Origin: Phoronis australis
Taxonomy: Eukaryota > Animalia > Phoronida
Assembly: GCA_002633005.1 (NCBI GenBank)
Contig: NMRA01000096.1
Location: 124,001 to 188,000, forward strand
DNA: 64,000 nucleotides
Reading direction: 5' to 3'
Shown: in pieces, positions 1 through 11,000 of the stretch
How positions within the stretch are numbered: the stretch's first letter is position 1
Layout of the letters: each line of letters starts with the position of its first letter
The notes under the pieces: model-generated
Database searches by the model: none
What the model saw: only the letters and a program-made list of their open reading frames with translations
Told to the model about the DNA's origin: nothing
Program-made: the position numbers and the translations under genes

Positions 1-2560
1 GAGACTGAACGTCTTGCCTTGTTAAATGTTGAAAAACAGGTATTGATCTGTATTATTGTGAGTGTTAACAATGTTTACGAACACCATATGTCCATGCCAT
101 AATTGCCTGATCAGTTGATAAGTTCAGGAAGTACTTATTTATCATTTTATGTTAAGGTGGCACTCAACAGTTATTGCTGGTTTGGGGCTTGAAATCCAAT
201 TGCAGGCAGCTCCAACACTGTTTCACTCAAAATACCCTGTCAATCCAACGGATGCCAATTTTTAATTAAATTTGGATGTATACTCCACCGTGGCTCAAAA
301 AAATATTGGCCTCCTGTAATACACAACAAAATGATTTGGAATTCGCCATTGCGACAGCTGTGTGGAAGCTAAGTTAGTCATCAGTGTCGCCTTCCCTTGT
401 GATTGAGATTGAAGGGAAATTAACAGAAAAGTTTCTAAGGTATTTAGTTCACTCTGCAATTACAACTTTGCTACCACGATGGTTATTACCTTTTGCTATT
501 AACAGAATTGGCCATCATCACGGGAAACGGTATAATTTGTACGATTACTTTGTCGTGTACTGTAAGTCACATGTCAGTCGTATGTTCCCCTAGGCACTGT
601 TGTGCTTTTCATACCAAATTTGTATGAGGAAGTGTTTTTCTATGCTCAGTTCTGGATAGCACGCCTGGTGCTAAACTGTGATAACAGGAGTTCTAATTGT
701 CTCGCGTAGCTGTAAGCGTGGCCAGGGTGCACAGTTTAGTGGGGTAAAGTTTTGCCAATTTATGACTAAAATAATTGCCAAAATTGATATTTATTGATTT
801 TTCAATCTGATAGCAATGTTGTGAATGCCTACAGTTTCTCAAAGATTGCCTACTGGTACCTGCGGTATAGAACATCACATTTCATCAAACATTTATCTGG
901 TGCCTCTTTCATTTGTGCAAAAGTAGAATAACAGATTTCACTTTTCTGTCATACTGTGGCCTTGATTGGTGTGTGTTTACCATACCCATAAACCTCTGTC
1001 TGTTTAGGGAGTCCACTTGTGGGATATCAAGGACCGTTGCTTAGTGCGCAAGTACCAAGGCATCACGCAAGGTTATTACACAATACACTCTTGTTTTGGT
1101 GGTGTCGACCAGAACTTCATTGCCAGTGGCAGCGAAGGTATGATCCATCATTTCAGAAAGGATTGTCTTTGCTGAGTCTCTGGTTCACAATTTTGTCAAC
1201 CAACATTTTGCTCTGTAATATTTTGTCGGTGACCTGGATTGGACAATCTTTCACGAAAAATATAGGGCATTATGCATTTTTTAGTTGAACAATGCTAGTG
1301 ACGTCATGCCAGCTATTAAAGACTTACGACCAATGACGAGTTTTATACAACAAATCCTAAATCATCAAGTGTAAATCCTGAATTAAATAATCTTTATTAA
1401 ATGACGGAACATCTTTCAGTAACGGAGCATACACAACAATTTTAAAGATATTTCAGCAATTGTCAGATGTAACATGCCCGCATTTTGAGAGCAAGTTTTC
1501 TCCTCGAATAATGGGCATCAAACTGATTATCAAAATGTGGGTACATTATATCTGACTATAGCTTACATTTCAATACTAATTGTTGGATGTAAACAAAAAT
1601 CCTGCGCTGAGGTTTGCACTTGACAGCTGTCAATTGGTTAATTTCATTTAGATGTCATGTACTGTAAGAGCTTATTTGCTAGTCTATCAAGTATACCAAA
1701 CCGTTGTGCATTAATGCATTTTGTGACATTACTGTTAAACATTGACTACTAACTACACCTGGTGTGTAACAGCCATTGCATGTTGTGAAATTGCAACCCA
1801 GAATTCCAACTTGCTGCGGTTACTCTTTCCAAACCAAGAAATCACTGGTAATCTGGGTAAAGTGAATAAGAGCAATTGTGATGGATAAAGTGGTGTTTCA
1901 AGCATGGGTATTCATCCGAGCAAAAATGCAATATCGTTTTTATTTGTACGGATGCTGAATGTAAATCTTTGACTTAGGAGCTTTGTAAAGCATTACCCCA
2001 TTTGATTTACAGACAATAAAGTATACATCTGGCACCATAGAAAGGAGATGCCTATCGCTGTACTGGAGGGACACAAGCGGACTGTCAACTGTGTCCACTG
2101 GAACCCCAAGATCCACAGTATGATGGCCAGCTGCTCAGACGATTACTCAGTGAGGATATGGGGGCCAGCGGACAGTCTGGACATTGGTATGTAAATTGTG
2201 GATGAGTCTTTTGTTCCAAAATAGCCTCCGTTTAAAGTAGCTGCTGCTTGTGCCAAGAAATACAGTACAAGGCAAAAGAAAACGGACAAGAAGACGCGTT
2301 ATTCCTTGTCATGACAAGTTAAAATTATAGTGTATAGGAAATTGGGATGTTTATTAAAATAAGCCGCAGTTTGTACGATCGGTTGCATTGAATTTATTTA
2401 TTATTCTGCATATGAAGGCAGTTGTGACGTTCATGTCGCCAATTTTTTCATCACAAGTTGGCCATTTCTCATATTTCAGTATTATTGACTTTTGTTCGCT
2501 ATCTTTTCAGATGCCAATGACAGCAGTTGTACAAATTCAGGAAGGAGCACACCAGTATAG
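1..2560 (+). CDS. WDR26: WD repeat-containing protein 26 (CTLH/GID complex subunit), last four coding exons; 5' part lies outside the window
   Basis: Exons <1-39, 1008-1137, 2013-2186, 2511-2560 with GT-AG boundaries and consistent phases (0,1,1). Translation [109 protein letters not shown]...GRSTPV* matches the recalled WDR26 C-terminal WD repeats. Confidence 0.95.
1457..1562. mobile_element. ~105-bp palindromic MITE (family also at 4223-4265, 9806-9881, 28256-28362, 29993-30100, 52911-53018)
   Basis: Arms GCAATTGTCAGATGTAACATGCCCGCATTTTGAGA / TATCAAAATGTGGGTACATTATATCTGACTATAGC are imperfect inverted repeats; the core CATCAAACTG..TCAAAA..GACTAT recurs in the other copies. Confidence 0.6.
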
Positions 2561-3805
2561 ACTTGTTTTATAAAAACTGGAAACTTTCATGAGACCCATG
2601 TGGTCCGATCGTGTGGTGTCGAGGCTTTTAAAAGGTGTGGTTGTATTATCACTAGTAGATTGGGGAGACATGGAGTCAAGGTTTCAACAAGGGATTTTGA
2701 ATCGTTGGTGATTGGGTTTTGAAGGAGAACACTGCAGAAGCCTTTTTCTAAATGGGGAAATATTGTTACAGTGTACTGGTTTGAAGACCAAAATGACACT
2801 AAGATTTTATGTTTGGCTTTCAAGCACAGTCCGACTGCCATCAACCACAAGACTTTGAACCACTGGAGCACATCATGGTTTTACTTTACAGATTTTTAGC
2901 AGTAGATATACGTGCCTATAGCATCATGGTTGTCGTTGTTGGAGAAAATGGAATGCTAGGTTTGTGCCTGTGAAATGTGATTGTTCTCAGTCCTTCCAAT
3001 TAGTTGGTATTACTGTATTCCTGAGGGACCTAGTTTTTACGCAGGTTTTATCAGTGTATACGATCATTGTGTTCCCAAAACTTTGCAATCCTTAAAATCA
3101 GCTTTGTGTACATTAATTTGGTTTTCAAATCTCGATTCAACTTATTTCCATCAAATCTGCACCCCCAACTGTTATGAGATTCTAAACAAAAACTATGAAA
3201 TTAGTTACGTGGACTGAATAAGATTGATAGTGTGTGTTGATGGTATGTGCGTCTGGTAGAATTTAGATTAGCATGGCATTAATTCTAAATTGTCCACAGC
3301 AATTCAACAACCAGAGTGTAAATTATAGTGTCAACTTATGACTTAACAGAAAGTAGTACAGGACTTACTCATGAATTTATTGGTGGTGTGCAAGAAATGC
3401 GCTAGATGGCATTTACTTTTTAGTTTCAAATTTTCACCAGAAACAACCCAAACCAAATAAATTTAACCCACAATCTAAAAAAAATGATGATGCATCCCTT
3501 TAGAATGGCATTGTAGTGCAAAGTAAGTGATGTGGTTACGTTTGCACGGTTTTTGTTGTAGCAAGTTCTTCACGTGCAGCCCTGTCAAAAATTTTGTTTT
3601 GAACTTGGAATTTGGTATAAAATCCAATTTACTTCAACTGTGGACTGAAGATAATTTTCCAATGGACATCATTCAAATTAAAGAAAGGACTCTTTGTTAG
3701 GTAAACCTAAGTACTTTTATAAGGAACAGGTGTGTTAAAATTGAATTGACTTGTTTTTTATTCAATATTTTAAACTATGAAATGTGACATTCATGAAACC
3801 CATGG

Positions 3806-3821
3806 AATAAATTTTAATAAA
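3806..3821 (+). terminator. Tandem AATAAA polyadenylation signals, probable end of the WDR26 3' UTR
   Basis: AATAAA at 3806-3811 and 3816-3821 followed by a GT/T-rich stretch, ~1.25 kb after the WDR26 stop. Confidence 0.5.
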
Positions 3822-6183
3822 AATGTTTATCGTGTTTACTTTTCTCCAATCACATGGTAAAAGGTTACTAAATCTTGATACAAAGCTCCACCTTTCCATT
3901 CATTTATGGCAGACTTGATTTACTGATTGGCATTAAAGCACCCAATACACTTCCTCGTTGACTGCTGAATAAGGCAACAGATTTCCGATGGGCGGGGCTT
4001 AACTGCATGAATGCAACATGGTGAGGGTGAAACGAATTTTGATCTGAATTGTCACTGCTAAATTCATCCAACCTGTTGCTGGCAAAAAGTAACTCAAACT
4101 TTCAGAGGCTTTTTGAGTGCAATTAAATTGTTGGAAACGTCTTTGGGGCCATAACTCCTGCATTCCAAATCCGGTAAACTTAATTATCCTTTTATTTAAC
4201 TCCTCGGATATTGAATTCTCGGTAATAGTCACAGGGATCCCGAGTTATGAGAACCAGTTTTCTCTACATAACACTTCAAACTGGCTGTCAAGATCTGATA
4301 CCCACGTAAGTGTCTGTTGCTGAATATCTTTTATTTTCAGAACTAGAACAACTCATCTGTTCACAAACCAAGCACACTACACAGGTGTATGTATATATAA
4401 TACTCAATTAAGCTTCTAAAACCAAATACACGATAACAAATCCTGTCTTCCACTTTGAATTCCATTTGAGTTTCATCACTAAACTTAAAAAAATTAACCA
4501 TGCCACGTTGAAGGGTTTCTGACAATGATTTTCCATTTCGTCTTCTAAAGTATTGCCTTGCACATACCAAACCTAGACCTTTTCCAACAAGTCTTAACAA
4601 GCTTTCCTTCAATGGATGTTGTGTTATAGTAAGGGACTTAACAAGCATGACCGCAGCCTGGCGCCATTCCCACACAGTAGTCTGCTTTTGTGCAAGACTT
4701 TCCCATCTGTGCCACTGCCTTTTCGCAGTTGACTGCCCCTCCCCCCAAGTTATGCCCCTCCGTTTTGAGCTATCCCAGCAATGCTTTTGCATCAAAGAAA
4801 ATGGGATATATTCACACAAACGCATGCACATCGAACAGCATGTAAAGTATTCTTTACAGGCCATACTGCATCACCACGACAACAGAAAAAACAAATGCCT
4901 GATCATAGTTAGTATTTAATATAACACCATTGTGTATAGGTGTCGTTAGTCGTAACTAACCTTTCTCAAGTCAGTAAAACTAGACCTCTTTTTAAATTTG
5001 TCAATTTACGGCAACGAGTGGTGCTTTAAAAAGAACGAACCAAACATGCATGACTTGAGTAATCATTTACAATAGGCTTGAAAACTACAGTGAAACTTGC
5101 AAAGTTGGAAGTGTGAGACAGATTTTCCCATAAGCCCTTAAAGTTCCAAAATACTGACGTTCCAGTTCGTGCACTAAGCCCTTCAGATATGTCTTGAGTC
5201 TGACTTCATCTTGCTCCAATAAAGTCTCTCTGCCCCATGGGATGTAATTCTATGCAAATTTTACTGCATTGTCATCGGAAGATACAATTAAATCTATTCC
5301 GCACACTTATCCATACTTATCTTTTGTGCTTTACAATCGTGATTTGTGACAACAGCAAATTGCGGCAAAAAACACAATGGGCCAGTACAAAAAAGGCCTA
5401 AAATATCGCACAGTTTACAAAATTTACAAATTGCTTGCATAGTTACTTTACATATCAAACTCCAAATTTACAAAACACAATTTACAAACCTTCAAGAAAG
5501 CATATGGCTGAAACTCAACATAAAATATTTCACATCAACAAGATGAACCAGTGTCACTCACCTTCCACTTTAAATTAACATAATTTAATTGACCTTGGCA
5601 TTGAAATACATGATATCACTAACTCACAAAACTATTACTGAAAGCCCTAATGACTATTCAAACTGTGGAAATTATGTTGTTTGAAACATCCTTGATGGCA
5701 ACACATCAATATTTTAAAACTATCAACATACATGTTGACCCGAGTTCACTGCATCATGTACTAGTGAACACTTTAAAACATCGAGAGGAGCAATTTTGAA
5801 ATTCACAAATTAAACAAACAACTACTGGATATCAATTTACAGACAAGGGGTTTGTTATATAAAAAAGTTACATGCCCAGCCATAACTAAGGCCATTGTAC
5901 CTTAGGAGTCCAACAGACATACAATTCATTTAGTGGCTTAGTATGAAGAAGATGACTACATAAGTTGCAATTAACTTTTAATTCATCTTCACTAAGACAA
6001 TGTATCACTTCATTTGGCAAAATTGCCAATTTTTCAAATTTCTCAAACTTAAAGCTAAACTAACTTGCTACAAATAATGAAAACTTTACCAAATTTATTT
6101 GTCATCTACCGAATAAACCAAGCTACTAATAAAACAAAATTCTCTTCATTTTTATTGAGAAATGTGCCAAAACAAAATTTCGC

Positions 6184-6503
6184 TAGTCTACTATAACACC
6201 TGCTAAATAGGAGAATTATAGTAATACACAGAACACAGCATCCTCATTAGAACTAAGCGAACATAGTCTACTATAACGCCTGCTAAATAGGAGAATTATA
6301 GTAATACATAGAACACAGCATCCTCATTAGAACTAAGCGAACATAGTCTACTATAACGCCTACTAAATAGGAGAATTATAGTAATACATAGAACACAGCA
6401 TCCTCATTAGAACTAAGCGAACATAGTCTACTATAACGCCTACTAAATAGGAGAATTATAGTAATACATAGAACAAAGCATCCTCATTAGAACTAAGCGA
6501 ACA
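6184..6503. repeat. 80-bp tandem repeat, 4 near-identical copies
   Basis: Unit TAGTCTACTATAACGCCTGCTAAATAGGAGAATTATAGTAATACATAGAACACAGCATCCTCATTAGAACTAAGCGAACA starts at 6184, 6264, 6344, 6424 with 1-2 substitutions between neighbours. Confidence 0.95.
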
Positions 6504-8061
6504 TTCTTCACCATCGCAAGTAACGTGACATTAGATATAACAAACCCAAGATCTTTTCAATTAATGACGAATTCCACATAAATTTCCCCATTGAAACCAT
6601 ACATTAATTTTGTAAACTGGGCAACTGGCAATGGTACATATAAGCTATCAAGATTCATTCCTCACATGGCTTCATGACTAAGTCCTAACAAATGCAACCA
6701 CATGGACTGCTGCTGCCGCTGCTCCTGTAGCAGTGGCAGCAGCAGTCAATACTATGGCTTTTCACTTTCATAATTCTGGCTGATCTTCATCAAAGCTTAA
6801 TAACTTCTGACTACTACTATAACAATTCTTAACAACTTCAACTTGTATGTTCCTTGTCCATCACACTTTTGTCTGATCTAGCATGGAAGTCCATATAAAA
6901 CTGCTAATAACCGTGACACGTGGCACAGTGAATAACATAGGACATGATAAAAAGAAATAAAATATAGTCAATCGGCAAGTTGATACCATGTCACCATTTC
7001 CATGACAATTAATCAAGTTTGCCAACAAATAGTCCTTTCACATTGTTTTGCATGCAAGGCCAAATCGCGTAATATGCACGAGATACAAGAAAAGCAAACC
7101 AAGGGGTATCACAACATTGCAAAATATGAAAGCAAGAGAGTCACCCCCAGACAAAGCTTTTTTGAGATTCACTGTAAATTTAAGTTAAGCAGAGCTGAGA
7201 AGAGTAAATGTGAGAACGAATTTTTTCTTGCTCAATTGAATGTGCTGTTTCAATTTCTATTGTTTTGTTGAAATAAAATAAATGCAAAAGTGGAAGTCGT
7301 ATAAAGTTGATATCACTCTTGTTGATTTTTTAAAAGTGCAATTATTTTATGAAGTGGGGCCCTGCGACTGCAAGGCAGGGACCACCAGTGTTGTGTTGGG
7401 GCCCTAAGTTGTAACTTTGTTGACAATCGGGCAAGCGTGAAAAATCCACACACATTTTCAGACTGACGTATGAACCAAAACAAACAACAAAAATCGCATT
7501 CACTAACAGAGTAGTCAGAGGGATTTTACTGATATTTTGCCGTTCAAGCAGACATTCTCTCGCCACACTAAACAGAATCAGTTAAGTAAACAATGCCCCA
7601 ACGATTGCACTCACACTATGTTGTGTGCACTCAAGCCCACTTTTTGTGCTCATGGCCATACGTATAAGGAATGTGACAGGACTACATTGCAGCTATCTAG
7701 GTAGTGTTTAAGAAGTGACGATTCCGTGTAACAACCTGAACTCCTGCATTTTTTCATTCAGATGAACTGCTATTTCACTAGTGCCAGCTAGTGAATTTCA
7801 AAACTTCCATTCTGCAAAGAATGGCAGTGACCACCAAACATTTCCTGCAACTAGACTCAGAAATTGACAAATTGCATTCCATGCTTTGAGTAAACTTTAA
7901 CCTCACTCAAAGTGACTGGCTAATTTTTCGAGTCGAGTCTCCAGTAACATTTGGTGACAACAATCGTCAGTGCTCTCGTAATGTAGGTTTGTTGAAAGTC
8001 AGCCATACAGATGGAAGTGTCCCTGACTGTAGGTTTGTCCTCGTTGGTACATAGTTTTCCT

Positions 8062-11000
8062 TCAGCTACTAGTTGTGCTGCTAACCAAGGCCAAAATTAA
8101 CCTAAAACAATATACGAGTCATAATGCAAGTGCAAACTTGATCTCTGTTTACAAAGATCTGTAGACTAGGTGCATGTTCAGCAACATTGAGACATTCGTG
8201 AGATACCAGCAACAAGATACGTCAGCTTAAGTACCAGAAATAGCAACATGGCTGCTTACAGCCGCATGATAATTCAGTTTTACGAGCGGCCATCCAACCA
8301 ATGTTGCATGGTTGCCATTTTAGTACGGTCCTTAAACGGTAGCAAAATAGCGTATTGCACTTTCCTGATCCAGACAAACTCTAAAGACAGTGGAGCCCGC
8401 TTAACGTCACACCGTCGGAATTCAACATAAATCGTAATAATAAGCAGGATATTTCATTACACGGGTTCTCACTTTGCTATCGTAACCATTCTTATAAGCT
8501 GATCATGCTCAGTGGAGCAGAGAAAGACAATAATTAGTGGGTTTATAGACGCGTTAACGTAAAAAAGATGAAAGCTTATCTGAAATTTGAACGTTTCCCA
8601 AGTCATCACTGCAATGTATCACGTAACTACCCATGTATTGTTAGTCACTAGATTTGTCATGTGATTCTAGTCGAAATAATCCTTTTCAGGCTCCAATAGA
8701 AAGACAAATGAACAGGGCTGTGTTCTGTAGACTGCAAGACGTTTGCACTGACTACGAAAATTTTCTGTTAATGGGATGGAAACAGTGAATTCAATCCCAC
8801 AGTGTATCACTCCAACCTCACCAACCAATCACTTCAGTGGCGGCCATTCTGCAAGAACAGGTTAGTAATACCTGAGCATACTCAGGAAATACTCACTTTA
8901 CACTTGCGTGATTTCCCGAAGTCTCTTGAGACCTTATTTTTTTGGCAAAGAAGCTATGGAACGCTTTCCAGGAATCGACTGATTTTTAACTCGGCGTCGA
9001 GTTCTGATAAAGCAAATGAACTGAAGATGAATTATGTTGGTTTTAGTAAAAAAGCGAAGGTACATACGATATTACATGGATGAGAATCAGTTTTTGTTTC
9101 TTTTTAATGACAATATTCAGTAATATGGCAATACATCATGAAATTGTGAGGCTTATTTTACATGGATTTAATAGGAAACAATTTTTTTGATATTTTATGA
9201 CAATGAACGGGATACTCTATTATCCAGTATCACATTAATTGGGCTCCATTGTAGTAAACTTTCCTATGGTCTGAATTCTTGAGTTTGCAAGGGCAAACTT
9301 ACAACAGGAAGATATACGAGAAATAATTCATTATACAGATCAAAAAATTAAAATATTTTCATCTGTTGGCCATGAAACACTGCACTTCATTGTTTGTCAA
9401 AGGAGTTTGAACGTCACTAGGCATTGCCTCTACTTACAGGTATAAATAAATGAAGAAAAGAATCAAGTGGAATCCTAGCTTGATCATAGATTCCTTCATA
9501 AACCCCCTCAGGTGCTGCCTGTTGTGAATCTCAGTAGGGTCGTATATTCCGATGTCACCAGATGGTTTTGTGTAAAGCCTGCAAATTGGGAGAGGATACT
9601 TAACATCATTCATACATAACACAACTTGTAGCGCACAGTGTGCAACTGTGACGGGACGCCGTGGAATAACAAAAATAGGCACTTTTTTAGATTACGAAGA
9701 TAAAATTTTGACCAGCTGAACATCAACCTCAATGCCCAAACTTAACTCAAATGCGCTAAAGACAACAAGGATGAAATGGCTAGATTTTGTTGACTTAATT
9801 TTTGGTAACAGTCACTTACAATGTTCCCGAATGAGCATCAAACTGGTTCTCAAAAACCGGGACTTCTGTAAGAGACTATTGCCTTAATTTTTAGAGTCAA
9901 GAGAAACTTTGACAATAGTTCAAATTGGCACATTCAGTTAAAACATCATCAAAATTCAAAGGAAGAATTCAAAGAGTGCAAAGCTATGATCAAGATCAAC
10001 ATGGGACAGACAACAAGTGCAGATCCAGGATTTTGAGTTAGAGGGGGGCCAGGGCAGAGTATTAGCCAGGATTTCGCCCGTCAGACATTCGCATCCCCAA
10101 ACTGCCAAATGGAATCTGGGAGAATTTTAGGGGGCACCATGGCCCCCTTGGCCCCCCTCTAAATCCGCCACTGGACAACTCTTGCTGCCATCTAGCTACA
10201 AGTTGAAATTTTCAATCCTGCAATGTGCAACAACAGGGCACATTTGCGACTTTATGTAAACTAACAATTGTGGTAAGAAAGGATACAAGCTAGTTTTGCA
10301 CTCGATTGTTTCCTTGTCGGTAACGGGTCATCAGTAGTCATAGAAACTCCATGACGACTGACCACTAATTTGCAACTACAATTAGCCACTAAGTCTCAAG
10401 CATACCTGTGCACTTGCCAAGCAGCCAGGGGTACGTTGAGTACAAATAAATACCAGTGGAATGTGAGAAGAAGAAATATTGTTAAACTTGCATGAGCCAC
10501 TACCTCTGGCAAGACAAACTGAAAGAGAAGAACGTATGCGGAAAACAATGATTGAAATGAATGCTTGAAACCACCACATCTAGCTCGTGGTGGAAACTGT
10601 GTAAAATGATGCAATGACACTGTAATGTCTATTTTACAGTTTAAGCAAAGCCTGTTGAGTCACAATTTTCATCCATGGTACACAAGAGCTGTTGACTATA
10701 GAAACAGGGTATTTGCATGCTGTACACACCCAACTATACATAAATTAATAAGTAAACACATTTTTCATCTATTGGGCACATCAAATAGATCTATAGATCA
10801 AAGATACATTATAAAATCTAACTTAAGTTTATGAAAAACAGACGCACCTGATATTTCAAAGAACAAGATCAACAATCAAAATAAAAGTCTCTTACATACT
10901 TTGTTTAATCTTTCGCATGTCATCCTGGCGTTGAGATAATCACACTCTAAATCTGACAGAGTTATGATCTAGGATTATGGTCAAGGAAATTGAGTGACAC

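Noticed and set aside
5086-5250. Minus-strand open frame NYIPWGRETLLEQDEVRL...
   Set aside because: Short, no recognised homology, and wrong phase for the CNIH4 exon 4 donor.
6184-6503. Possible CRISPR array
   Set aside because: Whole 80-bp units repeat with no unique spacers; animal genome context and no cas genes.
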